The notes beneath the pieces were generated by a model. That model made no database searches and was not told the DNA's origin. It saw only the letters and a list, made by a program, of their open reading frames with translations. The translations under genes and the position numbers were made by a program. From Eledone cirrhosa (lineage: Eukaryota), in the NCBI GenBank assembly GCA_964016885.1, contig OZ024761.1, forward strand, positions 23,436,001 through 23,500,000: a DNA stretch of 64,000 nucleotides, read 5' to 3'. Below are positions 45,400 through 60,754 of this stretch, piece after piece (position 1 is the first letter of the stretch; each line of letters starts with the position of its first letter).

Positions 45400-47145
45400 C
45401 CACCAGCGCCACCACCACCACCACTACCATCACCTCCACCACCTCCACCACCACCACCACCACCACAACCACCACCACTACCATCACCTCCACCACCTCC
45501 ACCACCACCATCAGCACCACCACCACTACTACCTCCACCACCTTCACCATCAGCACCACTACCACCACTACCATCACCTCCACCACCTCCACCACCACGA
45601 GCACCATCACCTCCACCACCACCACCACCACCACCACTACCATCACCTCCACCACCTCCACCACCACTACCATCACCTCCACCACCTCCACGACCACGAA
45701 CACCATCACCTCCACCACCACCACCACCACTACCATCACCTCCACCACCTCCACCACCACGAACACCATCACCTCCACCACCACCACTACCATCAGCACC
45801 ATTACCTCCACCACCACCACCACAACCATTAGCACCGTCACCACCACCACTAATACCACCACCATCACTATCAGCACCGCCACTAGCGCCATCAGCACCA
45901 CTACTACCACCAACACTGCCAGAACCACCTCAACTACCTCCATCACCAACAACACACCACCAACACAACCACCACCAATACCAACACAGCCACCACCAAC
46001 ACAACCACCACCAACACAACCACCACCAACACAACCACCACTACCACCAACACAGCCACCACCAACACAACCACCACCAATACCAACACAGCCACCACCA
46101 ACACAACCACCACCAACATAACCACCACCAACACAACCACCACTACCACCAACACAGCCACCACCAACACAACCACCACCAACACAACCACTACAACCAC
46201 CAACACAACCACCAACACAAGCACATCCACCATCACCAACAAAAACACAACCATCATAACCACTAGCAACACCACCACCAACACAACCACCACTACCACC
46301 AACACAACCACCACCAATACCAACACAGCCACCACCAACACAACCACCACCAACACAACCACTACAACCACCAACACAAGCACATCCACCATCACCAACA
46401 AAAACACAACCATCACAACCACCTCCACCACCAGCAACACCACCACCAACACAACCACCACTACCACCACCACCAACGCAACCACCACTACCACCACCAC
46501 CAACACAACCACCACTACCACCAACACAACCACCACAAACACAACCACCACAACCACCACCAACACCAACACAGCTACCACCAACACAACCACTACAACC
46601 ACCAACACAACCACCACCAACACAACCACTACAACCACCAACACAAGCACATCCACCATCACCAACAAAAACACAACCATCACAACCACCTCCACCACCA
46701 GCAACACCACCACCAACACAACCACCACTACCACCACCACCAACGCAACCACCACCACCAACACAACCACCACTACCACCACCACCAACACAACCACCAC
46801 TACCACCACCACCACCAACGCAACCACCACCACCAACACAACCACCACCAACACAACCACCACAAACACAACCACCACAAACACAACCACCACAAACACA
46901 ACCACCACCAACACAACCACCACAACCACCACCAACACCAACACAACCACCACAACCACCACCAACACAACCACCACCACCTCCACCAACACAACCACCA
47001 CCAACACAACCACCACAAACACAACCACCACAAACACAACCACCACAAACACAACCACCACCAACACAACCACCACAACCACCACCAACACCAACACAAC
47101 CACCACAACCACCACCAACACAACCACCACCACCTCCACCAACAG
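45400..47145. repeat. (CAC/CAA) complex repeat with a 15-bp subunit
   Basis: CCAACACAACCACCA units; the Gly/Cys/Val ORFs are probable artefacts. Confidence 0.85.
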
Positions 47146-47371
47146 CGACAGGCCTCTTCAATTGTATTCATCTGTTGTCCTTCTCTTCTCTTCTCTCTCT
47201 CTCTCTATCTCTGTTCTCTCTCCATTCTGCTATGAAATGTAACCATAGGCAACATTTGGTGTCGATTTATAAATAGTAACACCTCACAAGTCTGTGGAGT
47301 TCACACAAAATGCAACACATGTACATTGCAGCGAATATTTATAGAATATGATATACGCGGACATGTCTGCA

Positions 47372-47426
<55 letters not shown>

Positions 47427-47427
<1 letters not shown>

Positions 47428-47617
47428 ACGAAGGAAATATGGTAAGGAACCAGGTGAACCATAACGCACCAAAGTACTCAATACTTAGGGTAGTAGAGTG
47501 GGTAATAGGAACGAGTAGGACCCCGACGGCTGAGCTCAAGCCGTTTCGACGGCTAATTTAGTCCAGAATTAGCCGTCGAAACGGCTTGAGCTCAGCCGTC
47601 TGGGTCCTACTCGTTCC

Positions 47618-47620
<3 letters not shown>
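47427..47620 (-). mobile_element. Family E fold-back element
   Basis: Palindrome 47505-47620 with its loop at about 47559-47567. Confidence 0.85.
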
Positions 47621-47655
<35 letters not shown>

Positions 47656-47660
47656 ATATA

Positions 47661-47963
47661 TGCAGAGGTTATATTTAATTTGTTGGGATTCAACAAGCTT
47701 AAACATTTTATAACTAATATAAAGCACTCAACAGTTTAGTGGAGTAAATATACAATATATTAACAAATGGAAACTATATTTATAAAACCATATTTATTTT
47801 ATTATACATATTTCAAGGGCCACCAAGGCAAATTATGGTGCGCTTTCATCAGATAAAATACAGATTTGTTTTATAAATAAATATTGACATACCCGGAAAA
47901 AAAAGACAACCTTAACGGTTGGAGCTTCCAGGAAGCTCCAACCTTTAAGGTTGTCTTTTTTTC
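47661..47963 (-). mobile_element. Family C element with full tail, hammerhead (47795-47860) and terminal fold-back
   Basis: Reverse complement of 5755-5925; hairpin AAAAAAGACAACCTTAA..GGAGCTTCC-A-GGAAGCTCC..TTAAGGTTGTCTTTTTT at about 47897-47963. Confidence 0.8.
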
Positions 47964-48189
47964 AAGTAACCGAACAGGGATGTGTGGACTACATTATGGT
48001 CTGTCGGTTGCAAAGTAGATGAAAGGAAGGTCCCAACCACCTGTAAAAAGGTACAAGCCGGAGGATTATATATAAAATAATCCGAGCCATATTTATTTGG
48101 TTCAGGTTTATTTAAAATCCGTCATATTTATTTCACTGAGGACAATATATATATATATATATATATTAATATATATATATATATATATA

Positions 48190-48250
<61 letters not shown>

Positions 48251-48342
48251 CGTAACCATATATAACGTAACCATGTCCAACACAAATCACGGACAATTAT
48301 TTTGTATATAAATATATATATATAATATATTTTCTCTTTTTG

Positions 48343-48398
<56 letters not shown>

Positions 48399-48528
48399 CA
48401 TATATATATACAATTGTTACTCCGGCAAACAGTTCGAGGTGCGATCTGTTTGTGGATCGAACCTGACTCTGGAATCGCAAGTTCCTCAGATACGTCTAGT
48501 GATTTCAAAGCAAATCTTCTTTCATGTG

Positions 48529-48621
48529 ACGTATCTGAGGAACTTGCGAATCCAGAGCCAGGTTCGATCCACAAACAGATCGCCCCTCGAACCGTTCGCC
48601 GGCGAAACAATTGTAATACGT
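48529..48621 (+). ncRNA. Hammerhead with an extended stem II inside a fold-back element (48410-48748)
   Basis: ACGTAT-CTGAGGA-about 62 nt-GAAA-CAATTG-TA-ATACGT; imperfect inverted copy at 48410-48496. Confidence 0.75.
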
Positions 48622-48861
48622 AATAAATTGTGTTCCGATGCATCACTGATTCTTCCTTTTCCATACTATCATACTCTTCTCCGAAGGAGCATAGAGTGCT
48701 CAACCAGCATACCGCCTATGGACGCATCCAATCAACCTTACTACAAATATATATATATATATAATGTATCTATATATAGCGAATTGGCTACACACATTGT
48801 GAGTGAGGGTGAAGGAACAAACCAAACAGCATCCAACAAACAAACAAACATCTATTTTTGT

Positions 48862-48901
<40 letters not shown>

Positions 48902-48934
48902 CAATTAGCCGTTTTTTAATTATTATATATATAT

Positions 48935-48976
48935 ATTACAATTAGCCGTCATTTTTGACGGTACGGGACCAGCTAG
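48935..48976 (+). mobile_element. Helitron-like 3' terminus
   Basis: Hairpin CCGTCA-TTTT-TGACGG, then CTAG|T. Confidence 0.45.
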
Positions 48977-49563
48977 TAATCATAATAGAGGGATGTAAAA
49001 TTTAGAAATGGCGTATTTAAATACAGCAAGGTCTTCTTTTTCTTTTCGTTTAGTAACGTCTACGCGCTTGTCACCAAAGGTTTCAGAATGATATATGTAT
49101 AGAATATCCTTTTAATGGGCTACAGCACAGGAAATCGCATAGCTATGGTGAAGGAACTGAAGCGATATATAACATTTCATATCTTCCTGAAAGACAATAT
49201 CATAATATGCTATATCAGTTTCAAGAAATATTACCTGGCATACTGATATTCCTATATAATATCACCTGATATGACGTTGTCTCTTGTGAATTATAAAGGA
49301 GAAACGTTACACGATATTTCGGATTATATGCTGCAATACTTTGGGTCGGCTTTAGTGAGGGTTTGGCATGGTGGAGTGGCGGGGTGGGGGAATTTTGCGG
49401 CATGGGGTTGGGTCTATGGTGAGGATAGTATGTGGTATATTTCTATATAGAAGAAGTAAAATAAAATGGATTAAGCACGTCGCTGAAACATTAGAAGAAA
49501 CGGAAAAACAAGGAATATTTTTTTATATACATAAATGAATATATTATACACACACGCATACAC

Positions 49564-49614
<51 letters not shown>

Positions 49615-49767
49615 TGGTAAGAGGTCAGTCGTAGGGCCCCGAGAAAATGAGAATCTTATACAGGAGATTTAACGAAAGAAACAGTTTCACCTCATAGTAG
49701 TTTTGATAATCCCAAACGGAGAAACCAGGCTTTTATCTATCATCAATTCCGTACGTGTTATTAAGAG

Positions 49768-50843
<1,076 letters not shown>

Positions 50844-50848
<5 letters not shown>

Positions 50849-50896
50849 TTCCTGATGATTTCTCAAGAATGAAACAGTTCTAGACCTGTAGAATCT

Positions 50897-50898
<2 letters not shown>
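50844..50898 (+). ncRNA. Complete type I hammerhead ribozyme, family A, solitary
   Basis: TGAGATTC-CTGATGA-TTTC-TCAA-GAAT-GAA-ACAG..CTGT-A-GAATCTCA; 8-bp stem I and a GUA site. Confidence 0.9.
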
Positions 50899-50971
<73 letters not shown>

Positions 50972-51296
50972 CATTTAATAATACCTTGATGACATTCTCA
51001 ATAATGAATTAAGCCAGAAGTTTCCTCTTATCAATTAGCCCTTCGCTGTATTTCACTTTACATATATTTCAATGAATTACAATAAATTAGTTCAATATTT
51101 TCTAAAACCATTTTCAAGAATGTTTCCATTAAATTGCGGTGCCTTTGTTTTACTTACGTGACTGTCTATCTGGGGACACCTATTTGGATTTCTACTTAGC
51201 TATAATTGTCCTTCTTGTCCGAAGGGAGACACATTGGTAAATATACATAGATGCCAATAGACAAGCTGACATAAATATAGACAAATTGGTAGGTCA

Positions 51297-51347
<51 letters not shown>

Positions 51348-51470
51348 TAGACGGGTATATAGATAGATAGATAGATAGATAGATAGGTAGATAGATATGC
51401 AGGTAGATAAATAGGTAGATAGATAAATAGCTTGATAGATAGATAGAATAGATAGATAGATAGATAGATA

Positions 51471-51832
51471 TGTTTCTTTATTAGCCACAGGGGCACAAAA
51501 GAAGGGGACAAATACAAAGGGGGAAGTTTACATACAATAAAAACGTGTAAAATGTTATCACAAATGCAATTTAAAAAGTTAGTCGATTTTCTCGAATAGG
51601 GGAGACATTACATATGGGTAACGTGCAACCCTCATCTCCAGGAGTACAAAGAGTTTGTACTCCTTTCCTCTCCTCCTCCTTTTCCTCAACCTACAGGCTG
51701 ATATAGAGAGAAGGCCCATTCACTCGGGCCATTCTCGCCACTTTCACCGACCTTTCATAAAACTTGCTGGGGTACAGCACCTCTCTCTCCATCCTGATTC
51801 TTCTTCCAAAGTGGTATTTGAAAAAAAGAATC
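51471..51832 (-). mobile_element. Tx1/L1-like LINE 3' end inserted in (GATA)n
   Basis: Minus FFKYHFGRRIRMEREVLYPSKFYERSVKVARMARVNGPSLYISL*; the 3' UTR ends GTGGCTAATAAAGAAA, with a second tiny copy at about 53460-53495. Confidence 0.65.
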
Positions 51833-52174
51833 AGATAGATAGATAGATAGATAGATATGTAGTTAGACAGGTATATAGATAGGTAGATCGATCTATAGAT
51901 AGAGATAGATGGATGGACGGACGGACGGATTGATAAAAGTAGTTGAGATTTTATACCACAAAGATATCTCTCATCTCCTATACTGACGTATGCCTCTATA
52001 GATATATGTATATATAAACATGGTTAGTTATATCTTATTCTCTTTCTCATGTATGAACCATATATATACGAGATATATATACACTATATACAACGATGTT
52101 GCAGATGTGCAACGAAAGATTTATGTAAACTATATATATGTGTTTGTGTCTATATTGTATCTGTATTATTTTTG

Positions 52175-52325
52175 ACCGTCGGTCAGTCAATGGCAACATT
52201 GAGGACCGAGTAAGTTAGATTACAGATATAAAAGACACAGAAGCGAAAACCAACCAAACAGTGAGTGTGTTCTGTTATTAATTCTGGCAATATTACACAA
52301 ATATGACCCTCCCCAAGTATAACTA
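52175..52325 (+). mobile_element. Family F-related fragment
   Basis: Ends ATGACCCTCCCCAAGTATAAC like 17491-17512; identical segment at 55591-55740. Confidence 0.65.
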
Positions 52326-52340
52326 TATATATATATATAT

Positions 52341-52500
<160 letters not shown>

Positions 52501-52547
52501 ATATATATATATATATATATATACAATATATATATATATATATATAT

Positions 52548-52795
<248 letters not shown>

Positions 52796-52869
52796 TATAT
52801 ATATATATATGCGTCAAAGTAATACGACTTTATCTTAAAGCATCTTCTGGTTTTATTTTTATATATATA

Positions 52870-52927
<58 letters not shown>

Positions 52928-53182
52928 GTGTGTCTGACTGTCTGTCTCTCTCTACATTTGCGTGCCAGGGTGTATTGTATGTGTGCCATGTATGTGTGTG
53001 TATATGTGCATGTATATGTACATTTACGTATTAGTGTGTATTTTGTGTGTGTGTGTGTGTGTGTGGATGTGTGTGGATGTGTGTGTGTGTATGTGCGTAT
53101 GTGTGTGTGTGCGTTTGTGGATGTGTGTATGTATCTGTGTGTGTGTGCGTTTGTGGATGTGTATATGTGTGTGCGTTTGTGG

Positions 53183-53223
<41 letters not shown>

Positions 53224-53507
53224 TGTGAGCCAAAGAAGTTGATCCGTCGAAAATCGTTCAGCAATCAAAATATCAAAACTAACAAAAGAATTTGCCAGAC
53301 GTGATTAACAAACAGATGGAAAAAACAGGATAGCGTGAGTCGACAACAACAACAACAACAGCAGCGACAGTAACAACAACAACAACGACAGTAACAATAA
53401 CAATAATAACAACGACAATAACAACAACAATAACGACAGTAAGAACAATAATAATGATTTCATTTATTAGCCACAAGGGCCAACATGTAGGGGAATAATA
53501 ATAATAA

Positions 53508-53843
53508 TAATTGTTTCTACTTTAGGCACAAGGCCACAAAAACCCAGTACATTACTGGTACTTTATTTTATCGACCCCGTAAGGATGAAAGGCAAAGTTA
53601 ACCTCGGCTGGATTTGATGAAAGGCAAAGTTAACTTCGGCGGGATTTGAACTCAGAATGGCAAGGGTTATAACTCTATACGTCAAAGCATGGCGTCCGAC
53701 CCTCTACCGATTACTGCCAATCCACCAAAAGTAATAATAATAATAATTGTTTCTACTTTAGGCACAAGGCCAGCAATAAATCAGTACATTACTGGTACTT
53801 TATTTTATCGACCCCGTAAGGATGAAAGGCAAAGTCAACCTCG
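53508..53843 (-). mobile_element. Tandem SINE copies (family of 2971) with an internal duplication
   Basis: Two 3' ends, TTGTTTCTACTTTAGGCACAAGGCC; duplicated GATGAAAGGCAAAGTTAAC. Confidence 0.85.
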
Positions 53844-54129
53844 AATGAAAATTAGTACATAACAAGAATGATAAATGAAGCATTAGATTGGAAATTAAAC
53901 AAGAATCTCCACTTATTTCTTCAAATTTGTTTAAATTTTTCTGTTTTTTTTTGTATTTGTGTTTTTATATTTTAGAGCCATTTTCGCGTTTTATCATTTT
54001 TGTGGAGGAAGACAGTCTCGCATTATCTTCGCATATTGAACGTTTATATAAAGATTTAGTACACTTTGGTTTTGGTGGACTAATTGATTTGTGTTTTAGT
54101 TGCTGGTTTGGTCAGGCTCAGGGCCGTGG

Positions 54130-54535
54130 TTAGTGACGGGCTGGGGGTTTGTTGATGAATTGGTACTGGTTTGGTGGTTTGGTTGGGTGTTCTGACGGTG
54201 GTGGGTCGGTGGTGGGTTAATGGTTTGGATGGTGGTTTGGTTGGTAGTAGGCTGGTGGTTTGGATGGGGGTTTTGTTGGTGGTGGGTTGGTGGTTTTGGT
54301 CGGTGATGGTTTGATGGTTTGGATGGTGGTTTGGTTGGCTGTGGGTTGGTGGTGGTTTGGTGGTTTCGTTGGACGTGGGTTGGTGGTGGTTTGGTGGTTT
54401 GGTTGGGGGCTTTGTCGGTGGTGGGTTGGTGGTGGGTTGGTGGTTTGGGTGGTGGTTTTGTTGGTGCTGGGTTGGTGGTTTGGATGGTGGTGTTCAGTGG
54501 TGGGTTGGTAATTTGTTGATGGTGGTTTGTTGTTG
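54130..54535. repeat. (GGTT/GGT) low-complexity tract
   Basis: Direct inspection. Confidence 0.85.
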
Positions 54536-54813
54536 GTCCAACTCTCTTTAACATTACACCAAAACACATTAAAACAGAACAGTCTCCATAAAATTCAAAA
54601 AGCTTTGAATAAATTCCTACAAGACATCTCGAATAAACCTCCTACTCCAGATATATCTCCGTAAACAATAACTCTCTGCTCGAGTGGACCGTTGTGTCCA
54701 AATCTTGATTTAAAAGACTTTGTTGGGTGGTGCTATTAAGTTAGACATGGCCTGGGTCAATACTGCTCGAAACCTATCAAAGTTATATGTGTATATGTAT
54801 AGATATGTATATA

Positions 54814-54859
<46 letters not shown>

Positions 54860-55044
54860 ATTCACAGGAATCAAAGTTATGTTCAAACCATTTATTAGCT
54901 TACAATTGTTTCATCCAAACCGAGGCTTGGAGCCTTCTGAACATTTTTCAATGTTTGTATACATACATGACCTCCTTTAGGGTTTAAAATATATATAACT
55001 ATAAATAGTTTTAGTATATACATAACCATAAATAGTATCCTTAA

Positions 55045-55103
<59 letters not shown>

Positions 55104-55111
55104 CATAGTGC

Positions 55112-55238
55112 GCTTTCCTGTTGATTTCCTTCGAATGAAACAGTTCTAGTCCTGTAGAAGACATTTCTATATTAAATATTTATACTCTGCAATGTATTGA
55201 GTACCTTACTTACTGTGGTTACCCCCGATTGAACCCGG
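55112..55238 (+). mobile_element. Family A pLTR plus tail (core mutated to CTGTTGA)
   Basis: GAATGAAACAGTTCTAGTCCTGTAG..TATTGAGTACCTTACTTACTGTGGTTACCCCCGATTGAACCCGG. Confidence 0.8.
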
Positions 55239-55244
55239 CACACG

Positions 55245-55275
<31 letters not shown>

Positions 55276-55347
55276 TGTATGTGTGTGCGTGTTTATGTAT
55301 GTATATATATATATTGTGTGTGTGTGTTTTATGTATATACATATATA

Positions 55348-55409
<62 letters not shown>

Positions 55410-55514
55410 GTTTATATATACATAGTTTATATATACACACACACACATATATATATATTGTATGTGTGTGCGTGTTTATGTATGTATATATATATATTGT
55501 GTGTGTGTTTTATG

Positions 55515-55587
<73 letters not shown>

Positions 55588-55595
<8 letters not shown>

Positions 55596-55798
55596 ATACT
55601 TGGGGAGGGTCATATTTGTGTAATATTGCCAGAATTAATAACAGAACACACTCACTGTTATTAATCACTTTTATTAAACATCACTTCTGTTATTAATTCT
55701 GACAATATTACACAAATATGACCCTCCCCAAGTATAGCAATATTTGTTTCGACACACGATTTCATATCAAAAACCTCGCATAACTAATTCATCGCCGT
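55588..55798 (+). mobile_element. Family F-related fold-back element plus tail
   Basis: Inverted repeat 55588-55743; tail GTTTCGACACACGATTTCA is homologous to 17519-17537. Confidence 0.8.
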
Positions 55799-55830
<32 letters not shown>

Positions 55831-56024
55831 TATACATAGTTTATATATATATACAGAGTTTATATATTCATATTCATACACACACACAGACACACACACA
55901 CACACATATATATATACATGGTTATATTTATATATCACGTCAATTATTATCATTATTATTGTTATCATTATCATTATCATTATTATTCATACCTGACATT
56001 ATATTACATATTATATATATATAG

Positions 56025-56074
<50 letters not shown>

Positions 56075-56102
56075 TTTTTAAATCCAGAGCAATTCTTCAA
56101 CA

Positions 56103-56172
<70 letters not shown>

Positions 56173-56405
56173 TTGTATAGTGATCCAGCACATGATTCTG
56201 CAAATTTAGTTTTAAAACTTACCATAACACTTCTGATATTTTATGTCCATATTTGATGTGTGTTTTGATAGTTCTATTTCACAGTTATCTGACTTCAATG
56301 GCAGCTGTACTATCTTACACTCATACACAGATTTTAAGAAGAAAAACATTAAAAGAGGTTATATAACTAAGGGAAGATAATTAAATCTCATTTAGTTTTC
56401 TCTTG

Positions 56406-56483
<78 letters not shown>

Positions 56484-56609
56484 TTCTCGGTTTGTCTCTT
56501 TCTTTCTGCATCTCTCTCTCTCTCTCTCTTCCTCCTTCTCTCTCTCTCTCTTCCTCCCCCTCTCTCTCTCTCCCTCCCCCCTCTCTATTTCTCTCTCTCT
56601 CTCTCTAAG

Positions 56610-57210
56610 TGGGCGAAGAAGGAATGTTTGGGGACTCTGCTCCTACGACCCCCTCAGAAATGAGTTTTTATTGCCTCTGCTCCCAAGACGTTTGGGGATC
56701 TAGCCGGATCAGTTGGAGACAATTGCTTCTGACAAGACCCGCTGGAGGGAGGGTTTGAGGACTCAGACCCCACACGACCCTCTCAGGTATAAGTGTACGA
56801 AGAAGAAGGGGTGTTTGAGGACTATTCCCCATACAACCCTCTCAGGTATAAGTGGACGAAGAAGAAGGCGTGTTTGAGGAGTCTTCCCCCACACGACCCT
56901 CTCAGGTATAAGTGGACGAAGAAGAAGAAGTGTTTGAGGACTCTTCCTCCACGACCCTTTCAGGAATAAGTGGAAGAAGGGGTGTTTTAGGACTCTGCAC
57001 TCATACGACCCTCTCAGGAATAAATGAGCGAAGAAGAAGTGTTCGAGGACTCTGCCTCCACGACCCTCTCAGGTATAAGTGGAAGAAGGGGTGTTTTAGG
57101 ACTCTGCACCCACACGACCCTCTCAGGAATAAATGAGCGAAGAAGAAGTGTTCGAGGACTCCGCCTCCACGACCCTCTCAGGTATAAGCGGGCGAACAAG
57201 ACGAAGAAGA
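56610..57210. repeat. Minisatellite of about 60 bp with dimeric higher-order structure and a short RTE ORF fragment (about 56690-56750)
   Basis: ACGACCCTCTCAGGTATAAGTG units; GI*PDQLETIASDKTRWR resembles the RTE C-terminal motif. Confidence 0.75.
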
Positions 57211-58925
57211 CGAAGATTATTTAAAAAGGTGAAGAAGAAGAAGGGGAAAAGGGTGAAGAAGGTGGTGGTGACGAAGGTGGTGGTGGTAGTGGTGAAGGTG
57301 AAGATGGTGGTGGCGAAGGTGGTGGTGGTAAAGATGGTGGTGGCGAAGAAGACATTACCCACTAACATCCATTGTATATATTATATTCTCTATATATCCT
57401 ATATTAATATAATATCTAAAGACATAAATTATAATATGCCACCGGGTGTTTTACCAAAGTCTGTTTGCTTCACTGCTTTCTTCGTTGATTCATATATTTT
57501 ACTGGGTTCAATGTCCGTTTTTTTTTACTTTCCCAAATCTAAACTTCTTATTTTTTTATCGTCAACAACCAAGAAAATATGAAAAATAGGAAAATATTGC
57601 TGTTTCCGTTATTCTTCTTGTGAGTTAATTTTTTTGTTTGTTTGTGGTGGGGTTTATTGGTTCATTTTCTTTATTGTTTTTCCATCAAATACTTTGTATT
57701 GTTGTGGTTGTGGTTGTTGTTGACGTTTTTTTGTGGTTGTGGTTGACGTTTTTTTGTGGTTGTTTTTGTTGTGGTGGTGGTGGTGGTGGTGGTGGTGGTG
57801 GTCGTTGTGGATTTTTGTGGTGGTGGTTGTTGTTGTTGTGGTTGTGGTTGATGTTGTGGTTATTGTTGACGTTTTTTGTGGTTGTTTTTGTTGTGGTGGT
57901 GGTGGTGGTGGTCGTCGTCGTCGTCATTGTGGACGTTTTTGTGGTGGTGGTGGTGGTGGTGGTGGTTGTTGTTGTGGTTGTGGTTGATGTTGTGGTAGTT
58001 GTTGACGTTTATGTGGTTGTTGTTAACGTTTTCCTGGTTGTCATTGTTGCTGTTGTTGACGATGTGGTTGCTGTGGTTACTGGTTTGAACGTTGTTGCGG
58101 CTGTGGTTATTTTTTCTTTTTGTTATTATTGTCGTTGTTGTTGCTTTACCACCTTATTTGGATGTTAATAACGAGTGAGGGTTGGCATAGTTGATGTGCA
58201 ATATGTCAAACTTGTCCTAGTTTTCGCTGTGGTTTACATGGAAGTCAAACGAAATCAATAACAACCCCGCAGGAATTGCTTTAGAACATAGGTTTCAAAC
58301 ACGCACATTCACACGCACACACACACACATATGCACACACACACATGCACACACATATGCACACACACACATGCACACACACACATACACACATGCGGAA
58401 TTGCTTTAGAAAATAGGTTTCAAACACGCACATTCACACGTACACACACACACACACACACACACATATGCACACACACACACATGCACACACACATACA
58501 CACATGCACACACACACACGTACACACATGCACACACACACACATGCGCACACACACATACACACATGCACACACACACACACACATACATACACACACA
58601 CACACATGCACACACACACACATACACGCATGCACATGCACACACACACACACACACACGCGTACACACACATATATACAAATATAAATATACATACATA
58701 CATACATACATAGATACATAGGCCGAGATACGTCACCTAGACACACGTACACACACACACATATATATACATACATACATAGATACATAGGCCCAGGTAG
58801 ACGTCACCTAGACACACGTACACACACACACACATATATATTTATATATATATATATATATATATATAGATACATAGGCCCAGATACACGTCACGTAGAC
58901 ACACGTACACACATATATATATATA

Positions 58926-59505
58926 TATGGTGGCTGCCAACTCGTTTTCGAGTACGGCCACTACTTTATATCCATGTAGGAGAACCCCTACCGATGCGCT
59001 GAACGAGTGTGACTTTTTACTCCAGCCAGCGACTTGAAAACTCTGGTACAAACACTACACTTGTGACAATTATTGACACATGGTGCTGGGCCCATGGTAC
59101 CATGTGACGACAAGTGCAGAGAGATCTCCAGATATAAAGCAATGCCTGTGCCGTGAAGCTTTTATAGTGAGCAAAGGCACTGCACAAAGCCAGTCCCACT
59201 CTGCACAAAGCCAGTCCCACTCTGCACAAAGCCAGTCCCACTCTCTTGACCAAGATGATATTTACCAAAAAGAAGAACAAGTCAACATCATTGGATACCA
59301 TCAGGGTTGCAGGTGTTATATCAGAGTTTCCCTTCTCCTAGAATTCTGCCTTGACAAAGGCTAAGGGGTCATCTCTCCCGGTGATTCTGGATGGCCTTTG
59401 CCCTTTGACAGGTTTTCTTTTTAGTCCTGCAGGATGTCCAAAGTCACCCTCCTCACCAAGAAACCTTGGTGGGGTTGCCAGTTTAATCGTCAACGACTCG
59501 ACCAT
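58926..59505 (-). mobile_element. Non-autonomous RTE-derived element (5' region joined to 3' tail)
   Basis: The 5' part matches 6385-6480; the 3' end ACTCGAAAACGAGTTGGCAGCCACC matches the RTE tail at 2934-2956; internal 21-bp repeat x3. Confidence 0.65.
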
Positions 59506-59754
59506 ACATACATACATACATACATACATAGGGCCCAGATATACGTCACCTAGACACATGTATACTCATACTCATACACATACCCCTACACACACATAAA
59601 CATATATCACACACACACATACATACAGACACACAGATATACAAACACACACTCACGCATACATACATACATATACATATACACATACACACAAACACAC
59701 TCTCTCTCTCATCAATACACATTCACACTACCATTTTCGCTAACACAATCACTG

Positions 59755-60500
59755 ACACAACCACCACTACTACTACTACCACCACCACCACCTCGACTAC
59801 CACCACCACCACCTCAACTACCACCACCACAACTACTAGTAATACTACCACCCACCACTACTAATACAACCATCACCATCACCACCACCACCATCAACAT
59901 TACCTCCACCACCACTACCACTACCACTACTAATACCACCACCACCATCACCACCACTACCACAAACACCAATACCACCACCACCACTACTAATACAACC
60001 ACCACCAACATCACCACCACCACCACTACCACCACCACCACCACCACCACTACCACCACCACCACCACAACCACTACCACCACCACCACCACCACCACCA
60101 CTACTAATACAACCACCACCACCACCACTACTAATACAACCACCACCACCACAACCACCACCACCACCACCACTACCACCACCACCACCACCACCACCAC
60201 CACTACCACCACCACCATGACCACCACTACCACCACCACCACCACCACCAACACCACCACCAACACCACCACCACCATGACCACCACCACCACTACCACC
60301 ACCACTACCACCACCACCACCACCACCACCAACACCACCACCAACACCACCACCACCATGACCACCACCACTACCACCACCACCACTACCACCACCATGA
60401 CCACCACCACTACCACCACCACCACTACCACCACCACCACTACCACCACCACCACTACCACCACCAACACCACCACCACCACTACCACCACCACTAATAC
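59755..60500. repeat. (CAC)n tract
   Basis: Direct inspection. Confidence 0.9.
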
Positions 60501-60754
60501 CTGATCCGTTTATCATCATTGTTCAGATTTGCACTTTAAAATGTAAGAAGGAAAAAACCCACAAAGAGACCAGCTTGGCATTGAACTAATATCACAAAGA
60601 GAACTATAGAGAGGAAACAACAACAACAACAACATCATCATCATCAAGAACAACATCAACAATAACAACAATAATATCATCATCAACAATAACAACAATA
60701 TCAACAACTACAACAGCAACAACTCGATACCACCAACCAGAACACTATTAAAAA

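Noticed and set aside
45350-47161. 603-aa Gly/Cys/Val ORF resembling a structural protein
   Set aside because: CAC/CAA repeat open in several frames with no splice or signal evidence; similar tracts occur throughout the window.
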